DNA from: a virus
Lineage: Duplodnaviria; Caudoviricetes
Virus record (IMG/VR): IMGVR_UViG_3300042900_000746
Location: 69,871-133,870 of that record
Strand: one strand, 5' to 3'
Length of the DNA stretch: 64,000 nucleotides
The notes under the pieces were generated by a model. It was not told the DNA's origin and did no database searches. It worked only from the letters and a program-made list of their open reading frames with translations. Positions 20,528-30,411 of the stretch are shown here, piece after piece. Position 1 is the stretch's first letter, and each line of letters starts with the position of its first letter. The translations under genes were made by a program, and so were the position numbers.

Positions 20528-21398
20528 GGCTTCTCAAACCTCTATTGGGCATAGGGTCATGACTCGCTGGGACAGTTCTTACTACACCATACAAATCTCT
20601 ATCAGTAAGATGAGCAATTTGTCCACCAGAATAAAACGGACCAGCACTTGGTAAGCCTTTCATCTGGAATCCCATTGGACTAACTCTATTTGATAACATT
20701 TCTTTTCTAAGAGCTGTGGCAATTTGGCACCATGTGGTGGCATTGTCTCTTGTAACTTTATTCCTTGGTATAGACTTATTTGTGAGGCTGAAATCCCCAA
20801 GGCTTATAGATATTTCATCATCACTGCCATAACCGTATGTTCTACTTAGCTCACACGCTGTAGCAGCTTTAATGTATTCATATACAATAAATGACAGATC
20901 ACTACCGTCGTCGGTCTCTATGAGACTATAGATGCCTTTAACCTCATTAGAGAAGTTGTGGGCAATTTCGCCTATTTCTAACATCGTTGCGTCAGGGAAA
21001 TAAGAGAGTAATTGCTCAGGGTCGATGTAAAGAGGTGCCACATCTGGGGCAAAAGTAATAGTCTCATCATTTTTGAGAGTTACTGTTGGCTGATATTCTT
21101 CTACTGTGGAACTAACGTATAATCTTTGTTCTATAACTACAGTATTAGAATTAGCTAATATGCCAGTAAACTTAACTGTATATGTATCGGCTATAGTTGG
21201 AGTGTAATCAAAGTAAAATATTGAACTAGATATTTGGCTAGAAGTATCTGTGACTACAGTTGCATTGGAAGAGTTTTTTATTATTACTTGTGGATTGGCT
21301 ACAGGAGATAATGCTACTTCATTTCCATTGGCGTCAATATCTTTAAATTTTACAGTTATTCTAACTGTGTCACTGACTACAACTCTATCTGTTGACAT
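20520..21398 (-). CDS. Putative head-tail adaptor with N-terminal Ig-like domain
   Basis: Neck-region position; N-terminal beta-sandwich-like pattern (YFDYTP..ADTYTVKF); SISLGDFSL pattern seen in adaptors. Confidence 0.45.
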   Translation of the reverse strand: MSTDRVVVSDTVRITVKFKDIDANGNEVALSPVANPQVIIKNSSNATVVTDTSSQISSSIFYFDYTPTIADTYTVKFTGILANSNTVVIEQRLYVSSTVEEYQPTVTLKNDETITFAPDVAPLYIDPEQLLSYFPDATMLEIGEIAHNFSNEVKGIYSLIETDDGSDLSFIVYEYIKAATACELSRTYGYGSDDEISISLGDFSLTNKSIPRNKVTRDNATTWCQIATALRKEMLSNRVSPMGFQMKGLPSAGPFYSGGQIAHLTDRDLYGVVRTVPASHDPMPNRGLRSRD

Positions 21399-21413
21399 TT
21401 TTTACCTCTTGTT

Positions 21414-21866
21414 TTATGCGTTAGATATAATAGTAACGTTAATTGTTCCAGCTGAGTTGTCCTCTAGAATAATACTTTCTGCACTGGAAATAGCATAAGC
21501 TTCATTCTTATCTATTGATATTGCTATATAGCCAGAGCTATATATTTCTTCGCTATCCAGACTTGAGATAGCAAAGGCGTCTGCGTTTATTATATCTATC
21601 TCCGAAGACCCGTAACCGTCAAACATGGCGAATGTCATTGAGGATGAAGTTTCTGTATTTTCTAATATTCCACTTGGGGTAAGAACAGAATGACTATCAA
21701 CAAAAACTAATGTGCTATTTACAGACGGTGGTGATATGACAATAACGCCTAATACTTTTAGGCCACCAAAATTAGTAGTTATTCCAAAAGACTCAGGAGA
21801 AACTACATATACACCACTATAATTAAAATGAGCTTGGTTATAGGCTATATCTCCATTGTAGAGCAT
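21414..21866 (-). CDS. Hypothetical virion protein (150 aa)
   Basis: Co-oriented ORF in the structural operon. Confidence 0.6.
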   Translation of the reverse strand: MLYNGDIAYNQAHFNYSGVYVVSPESFGITTNFGGLKVLGVIVISPPSVNSTLVFVDSHSVLTPSGILENTETSSSMTFAMFDGYGSSEIDIINADAFAISSLDSEEIYSSGYIAISIDKNEAYAISSAESIILEDNSAGTINVTIISNA

Positions 21867-21879
21867 CTAAATCCTTTTA

Positions 21880-24066
21880 TTAGAATGTTCCACAATCAAT
21901 GGAGAAACCACTTAATGTACTGCCATTTCCGTACAATGCGCCTGAGACTCCGATTCCACCAGTCACAACTAAAGTACCAGTTGTGTAAGATGATGACGCT
22001 GTTGCTGCAGTAAATGTTGTAGCACCGTTTGAGGTTAAGGTAGTGAAAGCTCCTGTGCCTTTAGTTGTTGCGCCTATATTGGACGAATCAATTGTCTTAT
22101 TTGTAAGACTTTCAAATCCAGCTAAAGTGGCAAGAGTTCCAGATGTTGGAAGAGTTACGCCTGTTGTTCCAGTCGAGGTGAAAGTTATTGCATTAGCTCC
22201 AGATGTAACAAGGTTGCCACCAAGAGTAATGGTACTAGCTCCATTATTTACTCCGGTTCCACCATAAGTTGAACCGATTACTGTACCATTCCAGGTACCA
22301 ACTGCGATAGTTCCTACAGTCGTAATACTGTCATCGCCAGAATAGGTTCCACCAGCCACTGCAGCGAGTGTAGCGTTGTATGCCTGAACATCAGTGCCAA
22401 TAGCTAGGCCAAGAGCAGTTCTAGCTGCTCCAGCATCTGTAGCTCCAGTTCCACCATTAGCTATTGCTATGGTTGTGCCATTCCAAGTGCCAGTTGCAAT
22501 TATTCCAACTGAAGTAAGGCTTGAGGCAGTTACTCCTGAGCCAAGAGTTGAGCCAGAAAGTACAGACGTTCCAGCAATTAACAATGACTTGCCCGTCAGA
22601 AGATTAAGATTTTCTGAAGACGTCCATGCGTCAGTTGCATCAACCCAGTTAAAAGTCTTGTCTGTATCACCCTTAAGAGTGATGCCACCACCATCGGCAC
22701 CTGCGTCTGTCGGAGAGGCGCTTGAGCCAAGTTCAAGATTCTTATCGTCAACAGTTACGGTAGTTGAATTGATTGTAGTTGTTGTACCGTTAACTGTTAG
22801 ATCGCCAGAAAGGACAAGAGACGTGCCAGTGGCAGCGCCAATGTTTGGCGTTACAAGAGTTGGCGTGTTAGCAAATACAAGTGCTCCAGTACCAGTTTCA
22901 TCCGATATAATTCCAGCAAGTTCTGCTGAGGAAGTTGCTGCAAAATCCGAAAGCTTATTATTAGTAAGTGCAACCGTACCTGTTGCATCTGGCAGAGTGA
23001 TAGTGCGGTCTGCAGTTGGATCTGTGACTGCAAGAGTTGTTTCAAAGTCATTTGCAGTTGCACCTTCAAAAACCATGCTTCCACTATTGAGTGTAAGCCC
23101 TGCAAATGTTACACTTGCAGAGGTTGCTACATCTTGACCAATAGATAATGTGTGAGTTGTTCCCTCACCTGTTGTTGCTGCAGAAGAAGTAACACCAGTT
23201 CCACCAGTTATTGTTGCTACATAACTTCCTGAGGTATTAGTTCCAAGAGCAATTTCTATAGTTGTCGAACTTGCTGCAGTTAAACGACCCTGAGCGTCAA
23301 CCGTGAAGCTACCGACTGATGCAGCACCGCCGTATGAGCCAGCTGTTACTGTAGTGTTGTCAAGATCTAAAGTAAGTGTGTCAGTTGCGGAGGCAACCGA
23401 TGTTAAGCCTATGCCACCAATTATAGTGAAGGTATCTCCACCAGAAATTGTTAAATTGTCACCGTTGTCTGCATCTACTGTAAATGAAGTAGAAATAGAA
23501 GCTGTCCCTGCTGCAGACAAACGGCCTTGAGCGTCAACTGTGAAAGTTGGGATTGCACTAGCTGAACCATATGAACCAGCAGTAACTGTTGTATTGTCAA
23601 GATGTAGGGTTATGGTATTTGTAGATGATGCTATTGATGAAAGCCCAGTTCCACCAGATATAGTTACGGTTTCTGCGTCATCGATTGTTTGTGAAGATCC
23701 CGAATCACCTGCTAAAGTAAAGTTATATGTAGCAGCAGTTACGGCAGAATCTACATAACCGGTTGTTGCGACTTTTGTGCTATTATCTCCTGCTGTTTGT
23801 GTTGTTGCAGTTGCAGAAGATCCTAAGGCTACTGTTCCAGAAAATGTTTTATTTCCAGAAATAGTTTGAGTACTAGTTAATGTAGTAAATGCGCCAGGGC
23901 CAGCAATAGCTATGGGAGTACCTGTTCCTCCAGCTCCTGAGGTTCCTTTTCCATAATAGAGTACGTCGTCTACTTCTGTAAAAGCTAATTCTGCGTTTTC
24001 TAAAGATCCTGGAGCTCCAGATATTCCTCCAACCGCTCTTCTTTTAATTCTGATTGTATTAGACAT
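21880..24066 (-). CDS. Thr/Gly/Ala-rich fibre protein (head or collar fibre) with internal repeats
   Basis: Start at MSNTIRIKRR; duplicated LDNTTVTAGSYG...FTVDAQGRL unit and two GTWNGT units; ends DCGTF. Confidence 0.7.
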   Translation of the reverse strand: MSNTIRIKRRAVGGISGAPGSLENAELAFTEVDDVLYYGKGTSGAGGTGTPIAIAGPGAFTTLTSTQTISGNKTFSGTVALGSSATATTQTAGDNSTKVATTGYVDSAVTAATYNFTLAGDSGSSQTIDDAETVTISGGTGLSSIASSTNTITLHLDNTTVTAGSYGSASAIPTFTVDAQGRLSAAGTASISTSFTVDADNGDNLTISGGDTFTIIGGIGLTSVASATDTLTLDLDNTTVTAGSYGGAASVGSFTVDAQGRLTAASSTTIEIALGTNTSGSYVATITGGTGVTSSAATTGEGTTHTLSIGQDVATSASVTFAGLTLNSGSMVFEGATANDFETTLAVTDPTADRTITLPDATGTVALTNNKLSDFAATSSAELAGIISDETGTGALVFANTPTLVTPNIGAATGTSLVLSGDLTVNGTTTTINSTTVTVDDKNLELGSSASPTDAGADGGGITLKGDTDKTFNWVDATDAWTSSENLNLLTGKSLLIAGTSVLSGSTLGSGVTASSLTSVGIIATGTWNGTTIAIANGGTGATDAGAARTALGLAIGTDVQAYNATLAAVAGGTYSGDDSITTVGTIAVGTWNGTVIGSTYGGTGVNNGASTITLGGNLVTSGANAITFTSTGTTGVTLPTSGTLATLAGFESLTNKTIDSSNIGATTKGTGAFTTLTSNGATTFTAATASSSYTTGTLVVTGGIGVSGALYGNGSTLSGFSIDCGTF

Positions 24067-24068
24067 GA

Positions 24069-24407
24069 TTAAAAATTTCCTCCATCGGTAAGATTTTCTT
24101 CGGGGTGGTTCACCCAAGCTGAACCGTTGTAACGCAAAATATTACCTGAGTTCACTGTGGTAATAGTAACGTCAGTCAATCCATTTAAAACTGATTGAGT
24201 AGTAATTGCAGTTTCTGCAGATATTATTCTATCTTTTACTGTTAAATGACTGCCTGCTGGATTTAATCCAATAACCGTTTGTATGGCTTCAATGGCGTCA
24301 TTTGCGTTAGCGTGTTGTTGATGGTGGGGTACTGTTGCTGAATTGAGTGGGTCAGACGATGTCGGATTAATCAATATATCCAACGCTGCGGGATACTGGG
24401 TGCTCAT
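24069..24407 (-). CDS. Small fibre-associated virion protein
   Basis: LNGLTDV...GNILRYNGSAWVN fibre-type motif; ends DGGNF like the adjacent fibre. Confidence 0.6.
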   Translation of the reverse strand: MSTQYPAALDILINPTSSDPLNSATVPHHQQHANANDAIEAIQTVIGLNPAGSHLTVKDRIISAETAITTQSVLNGLTDVTITTVNSGNILRYNGSAWVNHPEENLTDGGNF

Positions 24408-24416
24408 TATTTTCCT

Positions 24417-24827
24417 TTACAATGAAAAAATTTTATATTGATCGTTACTCCAGCTAATTGTGATGGAGATAGGACTAGCAGTAGCAGCTACTGGCAAACC
24501 TGTGGCTGTATCTATGTAGGCCAAAAGCCTTGATGTAGATCTAACTCCAGTATCCTTATATAAAACCAGATAGGCAAAACCGCTAGTCCCGTAATCTTCT
24601 ACCGTAATATTATCAGCGTCAAAGACACCAGAAGCTGTTGTTTTTCCGGCTAGTAAACTAGTAGTTGCTGCGACTGAATCTTCACTAATGCTTGACAAGA
24701 ATTCATGTGTACTTAAATTTACTGTATAAGTATTTTTTACTAACGCAATTTTTATATTATTGTCAGTCAAGTCAAATAGGCCTTCCAATAAGCCTTCTTT
24801 GCCTTTTGCATATAATGAATTAGCCAT
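24417..24827 (-). CDS. Virion structural protein (136 aa)
   Basis: MANSLY..K, IKIALV, FDADN, LLAYID pattern typical of small phage structural proteins. Confidence 0.6.
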   Translation of the reverse strand: MANSLYAKGKEGLLEGLFDLTDNNIKIALVKNTYTVNLSTHEFLSSISEDSVAATTSLLAGKTTASGVFDADNITVEDYGTSGFAYLVLYKDTGVRSTSRLLAYIDTATGLPVAATASPISITISWSNDQYKIFSL

Positions 24828-25600
24828 TATATGCCGACTTCCGAAGAGACAATAACTCTATATTTATATCCAGTCTCGAAATAAGTCTTGCTATCTGTGT
24901 AATAAACCGGAGTTGCGTCGGTAGATGGAAAATCTATATAAACATCTGGTTTCCATGAATGCATGGACACTTGGGTAGGAAGCGTTTCCCACCTGGTTGG
25001 CGTTTTTTGCATCTTCTTACGTTGTGCTTTAAAATACTTACTGGTTAAAAAGTTTGATGCTGGGCGAGAACTAAATGAGATAATAGTTCTTCCATTATTC
25101 TCATCATTTCCTATATAAAAATCTCCATTATTTGGACTGACAGATTCTATATAGAAATTAGGATTTTTAGCTAATATTTGATAACCAGTTTCAATATCTG
25201 TTCTAATAGATTTATCTTCTACTAAAACTTCATTTAAAACAGTAGCTTTACTTTCCTGTAGGATTGACGGAGTTGCTGACTGTGTTTGACTCGTGAAACT
25301 GATTCTTTCTTCAGGGACAGTCATACCCGAGGAATCTAGTAAATTTTGAACGCGGACAACATAGTCTATATTACCGGGTAGAATGACATCCCAATATAAA
25401 GTTAAAGTTCTACTAATCTGATTATAATCAGTAATAGTGTTAATAGTCCTAAATGGGGAATTTATCTGAACAGGTGTAGCTGCGTCAGTATATACTAAAA
25501 AATTTGCATCAACTAAGGATGCTATTTTAATAGTCCTACCGAATTTAATATTAACAGTATTAACGCTTACTGTAGCGTTATCAATAAGATATAAGGCCAC
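24827..25600 (-). CDS. Ig-like domain virion protein (257 aa)
   Basis: GTG start preceded by GGAG; beta-rich sequence; lies directly after the capsid terminator. Confidence 0.55.
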   Translation of the reverse strand: MALYLIDNATVSVNTVNIKFGRTIKIASLVDANFLVYTDAATPVQINSPFRTINTITDYNQISRTLTLYWDVILPGNIDYVVRVQNLLDSSGMTVPEERISFTSQTQSATPSILQESKATVLNEVLVEDKSIRTDIETGYQILAKNPNFYIESVSPNNGDFYIGNDENNGRTIISFSSRPASNFLTSKYFKAQRKKMQKTPTRWETLPTQVSMHSWKPDVYIDFPSTDATPVYYTDSKTYFETGYKYRVIVSSEVGI

Positions 25601-25652
25601 TCAACACACTCCAAATTCAAAACCTATTGTAATAGTAATAAATCAATTCAAT

Positions 25653-25690
25653 AAAAAGCAGAGGGGGCAGTAGATTTCTCTACCGCCCCC
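25653..25690 (-). terminator. Intrinsic terminator after the major capsid gene
   Basis: Minus strand GGGGGCGGTAGA-GAAA-TCTACTGCCCCC followed by TCTGCTTTTT. Confidence 0.75.
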
Positions 25691-25734
25691 AAGCTTCAGG
25701 GTAATTTGTAACTATAACGACCCTAAGGTTTCTA

Positions 25735-26793
25735 TCAGGCTATGTCGTTAGTAACCTGTACTTCGTAGTTACGGCTGAGTCTGACGTTCTTAGCAACAGT
25801 GATACCTTCACCATCACCCAGCATCACGATGTCGTAACGCTCTTTCATCTTGAGCTGGCGAATATCGCGGCCCGGATCGTCGAACTGATCGGTACTCATC
25901 TCGTCTTTGACGAGAAGTGTTCCGACTTCATTACGGTCGATGAGGAAGAGGTCTGACTTAGCTGCTGTTGCACCACTCTTAGCTGTGAAGCTAACGAAAG
26001 GAGAAACAATAACGTTCAGTCCCATAGGGGCAGTCTGATTCAAAGCGCCATCTGCAGACTGGGGACGATAGCCCCAGCTTGTTCCAACGCCTGATGCTGC
26101 GCCACCTTGATGGAAGATGGCATCCTTGAGGAAGATCGACCACATGAGGGGGTGTAGAATAAAGTCTGTTGGAATATGGTTTTCAGCCATGAGAACGGCA
26201 GCCATGTCGATGATATCGTCCCACTTGACTGTCTTATTGGCAGCGCCATTAATGTCAAGACCGGTTGTGTCATCGTATGAACCACTATCGTTGTCAAAAA
26301 CGATTGTAGCTGCATCTTTAAATCGGCTCAAAGCAATTTGCTCCTTAAGGCGAGCCATAGCACGGCCAGCTGCGCGAACATGTAGACCAACAATGTCCCA
26401 AAGTGAATCAGCGATCACTTCTTCTGTAAAAGAAAGCTTAACGCCCTTCTTTGAGACTTTGCCCTCTACCTGCTTTGCGAAAGCGAGTGCTTGTTCTGGA
26501 TACTCTTGTCCTTCTGGGATCTCAGCAGCTTGAATAGCATTGACGGCCGGGAATTCCAATGAACGTCCCTTGCCGAGACGAACAGTGGAAAGCAATGGAG
26601 TCACTAAAAGCTGTGGCTCTGCTGCTTCTCTGAGCGTACGTGAGAGAACTTTCGGGAAAAGTGCTGCTGCGTCTGACGATGCAAAAGCTTCCTTAATTGT
26701 TACTCTATTGTCTGCGTCGATATACCCGTCCTCGGTCATTGCTGTCTCCCAAGCTGGGAGACCCGAGAGGAGCTCTTGGATTGTCTTAGTCAT
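25735..26793 (-). CDS. Major capsid protein (HK97-like fold)
   Basis: 352 aa; EIPEGQEYP, KKGVKLSFTEEVIADS and KMKERYD patterns; lies after protease and decoration genes; more GC-rich codons than its neighbours. Confidence 0.85.
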   Translation of the reverse strand: MTKTIQELLSGLPAWETAMTEDGYIDADNRVTIKEAFASSDAAALFPKVLSRTLREAAEPQLLVTPLLSTVRLGKGRSLEFPAVNAIQAAEIPEGQEYPEQALAFAKQVEGKVSKKGVKLSFTEEVIADSLWDIVGLHVRAAGRAMARLKEQIALSRFKDAATIVFDNDSGSYDDTTGLDINGAANKTVKWDDIIDMAAVLMAENHIPTDFILHPLMWSIFLKDAIFHQGGAASGVGTSWGYRPQSADGALNQTAPMGLNVIVSPFVSFTAKSGATAAKSDLFLIDRNEVGTLLVKDEMSTDQFDDPGRDIRQLKMKERYDIVMLGDGEGITVAKNVRLSRNYEVQVTNDIA

Positions 26794-26831
26794 CTTAGGA
26801 ATATTCCTCCTGTGTTATTGTTTCTTTTTTA

Positions 26832-27608
26832 TTAGAGTGTCAGGTTGACGCGGAATGCACCAATGACATTAGTTACATCTAGATTCGAACGAATACCGAG
26901 CTTACCATTATTAGGACCAGCCTTGGTAAGTTCATAAACGGTCTTCAACGCACCCGGATCTGATGGAAGCTGCATGTAGCTGAGGAGGCCGTCATCAAAG
27001 TTTGTAGCAAACTTTTCGACTTCGACAACCTTACCTACTTGCAAGTAGCTGTATACGGAGCTGCTATCGAGGAAATCGGTAGCTGCAGCCAATACTGGAC
27101 GTCCCATTACGTCGGAACGAACTACTGAACCAACTGTCACGTCATTGTTAATACCGCTGACCATTGGATACTCTACATAGCCGTGAGTGATAAATCCAGC
27201 ACCTTGCGAGGTACCTTTATCGAAGGGTCTGTAAAGATCATACTGTGCGCAACCGATAGGAATCGAACGAGCAGGCACAGTGACTGTGTCAGTTGCTCCG
27301 GACGAGTAAGCGGGTGTTGCACCAGCTGTGGGGTCCCATGCTGTATTGCTCATGTCATCGCCCCAGACCTTACTTGAGCCTGTACCGTTAGCAGGCACAA
27401 TGCGAGCGTCACCATTAGCATCGGCTATAACTGAAAGAATAGTTCCCTTTGGAATAACGATTTCAAAGCGATCATCTTCACTGTCATAGTACCAAGTAGG
27501 AAGACCGGGGTGCGGCAACAGGTATGCTGCGGGGGCTATGCCCTCGGAAACAACGAAGCGACCAGAACCGGTCTTACTGTGTACTTTGCGAAATTTTGCT
27601 AAACTCAT
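26832..27608 (-). CDS. Putative capsid decoration/minor capsid protein
   Basis: Located between the protease/scaffold and MCP genes, with similar codon bias. Confidence 0.55.
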   Translation of the reverse strand: MSLAKFRKVHSKTGSGRFVVSEGIAPAAYLLPHPGLPTWYYDSEDDRFEIVIPKGTILSVIADANGDARIVPANGTGSSKVWGDDMSNTAWDPTAGATPAYSSGATDTVTVPARSIPIGCAQYDLYRPFDKGTSQGAGFITHGYVEYPMVSGINNDVTVGSVVRSDVMGRPVLAAATDFLDSSSVYSYLQVGKVVEVEKFATNFDDGLLSYMQLPSDPGALKTVYELTKAGPNNGKLGIRSNLDVTNVIGAFRVNLTL

Positions 27609-27625
27609 TTTTTATCTCCTTAGTT

Positions 27626-29248
27626 TTAAAGTTTACGTCTACCCATAAGGGCATCAACTAGAATTTGTTCGAAAGACTCTTTGGGATCTGAAGCCTTAAT
27701 GGGCTCCTCTTCCATGTCTATAGTAAGCACATTTTCTTCTTTTACCGAAACTTCGGCTTCTGAAGCAATTGTGGGCATATTCAACATCTCGCCAATTCTT
27801 TTACCAGACTTACTTGGTGTCTTAGCAAGATCTCTCAGGCTATCAGCTAAAGAAGATGCTGTTCTTGTAGAATACTCTTCGATTAGTTTTTCACGATCAT
27901 CTGATAGTTCAAAACCAAGTCCGATTCTAGTATCAACAACTCTTTCAATCAATGTTCTATGTAATGCACTCTTGAGTTTTTTATTTTCTTCTTCAAGGGA
28001 TTGAATTCTAGCTTTTGCAATTGCATCCTGCTCAGAGACTACATTTGTGTCAGTGAGGTCTGCTCCTGCTGTTTCTTTCCCTTGATCTTCTTCGGCCTCA
28101 GATGAATTAGCTGAATCAACTTCTTGATTACCTATTTCTTCTGCTTCTTCAGGCAAAGCCTTAGATCCATTTTCTTTCGACTCAGATTCCTCAGAAGCCA
28201 CTTCTTCTACAGTGGTCTCGGAATCTGCCTCGGTGACAACGACTTCTGATTCAATCGTTTCTTCTGATTCAATCGCCTCTTCTAATTCTTCTGATTCCTT
28301 AGCTACTGAGATTGTAGAAAGATCATCACTTAATTCTTGGACTGCAGCGAGGATATCATCGCCGTTAGTGTCTTGATCCATATTGGAATTCTCCTGACAA
28401 TTATCGATATTTTTATTCTGATCAGATAGTAATGAACTATCATTGTATTTGTAATTTTCGTTCTCCTGTATGGACAGGGCCGTTAGAAATGCTCCCTTTA
28501 GTTGGAGATAAATTGGCTTAGACTCTTTCTTCTTCATATCAGAAAGAATTGATCTATTCTCTTGAATTGAGAAGATATCCTCATTATCCATACTTAAAAC
28601 AAATGCGTTACTTCGTGCAATCCAATTTTCTGAATCAAAAAGCTCTGCTTTACCATCAACAGCTTTTAGGGATCTAACGCCAGACTTTTGATCTGCGGGT
28701 TGATTGACGAATGAATACTCTTTAAAGCTAATGTCTTGCATATCTACATAAGCGAGTTTACCTTTATAAACTTTGCCTCTTTTGTATTTTACAACCTTCG
28801 GCCTGCCTGATGCATCTTCTGTTGCTAAATCTTCTCCTGAGACGCTACAGACTGCTTTACCAGCCCTTCCGCCAACGGAGCCAGTCAAGTATCTCTTATC
28901 AAGAACTTTTTGAGCAGCAACGGGATCAGTAATTGCTATTTGTAAACGAACGAATGAGGAACCATCTTCTTCTTTGTCCATTTTTGCAGCCATAACCCTG
29001 CCAATAGCTTCTGTATTTAAATCATGATTAAGGATGATTGGCTTTGGATATGGATCCACCCATGATTGGAGTGCTTTTTCTAATTCTTGTGCGGAATAAT
29101 TATTGTAGTTAGAAGTGAGACCCTCATGGATTGCAGCGACTTCTATTATTAAACCGTGCTTTGAATTAAATGACTCTGAAAAATTGATATCCGACTTAGA
29201 GAAGTCAGGAAGTTCTAATGTAAAATTTTCTATAAAGTCAAATGACAT
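27626..29248 (-). CDS. Prohead protease with acidic linker and C-terminal scaffold region
   Basis: PIILNHD...IGRV, YLTGSVG and EYSFVNQPAD motifs of HK97/herpes-type prohead proteases; Glu-rich linker and coiled coil. Confidence 0.8.
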   Translation of the reverse strand: MSFDFIENFTLELPDFSKSDINFSESFNSKHGLIIEVAAIHEGLTSNYNNYSAQELEKALQSWVDPYPKPIILNHDLNTEAIGRVMAAKMDKEEDGSSFVRLQIAITDPVAAQKVLDKRYLTGSVGGRAGKAVCSVSGEDLATEDASGRPKVVKYKRGKVYKGKLAYVDMQDISFKEYSFVNQPADQKSGVRSLKAVDGKAELFDSENWIARSNAFVLSMDNEDIFSIQENRSILSDMKKKESKPIYLQLKGAFLTALSIQENENYKYNDSSLLSDQNKNIDNCQENSNMDQDTNGDDILAAVQELSDDLSTISVAKESEELEEAIESEETIESEVVVTEADSETTVEEVASEESESKENGSKALPEEAEEIGNQEVDSANSSEAEEDQGKETAGADLTDTNVVSEQDAIAKARIQSLEEENKKLKSALHRTLIERVVDTRIGLGFELSDDREKLIEEYSTRTASSLADSLRDLAKTPSKSGKRIGEMLNMPTIASEAEVSVKEENVLTIDMEEEPIKASDPKESFEQILVDALMGRRKL

Positions 29249-29328
29249 GTAAATCACCTATTGATGTATAATTCTTTTTTATATAGTAAGTTTATTTTTA
29301 TAACATTAAACAAATTTATATGAATATA

Positions 29329-30108
29329 TCAGACTTTAGCATAGTTGTCTGATAAAGATTCATATCTATTATCTCCGTTTTGGAGAAATGACTGATAAAA
29401 TACTTCTGACATAATATGTGGAGCGTAAATATACGATGCACAGTATAGCTTAAAATTTTCTTTTTTGCAAGCTAGTGACCAGCCGACATCTTCACCCTGT
29501 TGATGAACATCGTAAGAGATGTTGTTGTATACATCTTTACTCATCATTTTTGCAGCCATTATTACATCTGATTGAAAATATGTTCCAAGTTCATATTTTT
29601 CTTTTCTATAAGCTTTTGATGTATCATCCTGTCTCCAGTCCATGACGCTCGGATATAGTGTTCCAATTGGCGTCATAAACATGAGTGGATTAACTGCATC
29701 TGCTCCAGCTTTAATATGAGCTATTAATAGTTCTATTGTATTTGGATTTGTTAATAGAATATCTGAATCTAAACTAAAATAATAATCTGGTTGGATATCT
29801 CTAACTGTTTGCAATAGAGAGTTTCTCAAAGAAACCATATTTACATACTTAGATATATTCCATTGTCTTCCATTGTTTGAATGTTCAAAATGAGGAATAT
29901 CTTCTCTTACCTTAATTTCAAAGTAAGGTATATTTTTATCGAATCTTTTCCAAGCTTCTAATGAAGCTATTGTTTCTTTATCATCTGGAGAAACTTCAAA
30001 AACAAAACCAATTTCCTTGAAATTAACTGATTGGTTTATCAGGCAACGTATCCAATGTGGAAGAATCCATGATCTCTTGTACATTGGAGTCCCAATTAAG
30101 AGTTTCAT
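29329..30108 (-). CDS. Glycosyltransferase (GT-A fold, family 2-like)
   Basis: LLIGTPMY N-terminus, LRNSLL, YFSLDSD (DxD) and GEDVGW motifs. Confidence 0.75.
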   Translation of the reverse strand: MKLLIGTPMYKRSWILPHWIRCLINQSVNFKEIGFVFEVSPDDKETIASLEAWKRFDKNIPYFEIKVREDIPHFEHSNNGRQWNISKYVNMVSLRNSLLQTVRDIQPDYYFSLDSDILLTNPNTIELLIAHIKAGADAVNPLMFMTPIGTLYPSVMDWRQDDTSKAYRKEKYELGTYFQSDVIMAAKMMSKDVYNNISYDVHQQGEDVGWSLACKKENFKLYCASYIYAPHIMSEVFYQSFLQNGDNRYESLSDNYAKV

Positions 30109-30111
30109 GAA

Positions 30112-30411
30112 TTATTTCTTTTCTTCCTCTGATATTTCAGTGGTAGTTTCTTTTGCCTTCGTAATTGGTTTCTCTTGCGCGGGCGCGGGCGCGGGTGTAG
30201 GCGCGGGCTCAGGAGATAGATCTTCTTTAGTGGATACAATCTCTTCAAGTGTATCGATTCTATCAATTAGCTGGGTAATGATATCGAAAATTACTTCAAG
30301 AGCTAATCTAGTTTGACCATTATCTACGACCTTTTGAAGGCCCTTAACAGCGTCTTCTGTTCCTAGGTATTGGGATAATTTTTCATTATTTATTATCATT
30401 TTGTTCGACAT
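30112..30411 (-). CDS. Small hypothetical protein with Pro-Ala linker
   Basis: Coiled-coil N-terminus and PEPAPTPAPAPA repeat; start placed at MSNKM. Confidence 0.55.
   Translation of the reverse strand: MSNKMIINNEKLSQYLGTEDAVKGLQKVVDNGQTRLALEVIFDIITQLIDRIDTLEEIVSTKEDLSPEPAPTPAPAPAQEKPITKAKETTTEISEEEKK

Noticed and set aside
30177-30208. GCGGGC tandem repeat
   Set aside because: Simply encodes a Pro-Ala linker in a small protein
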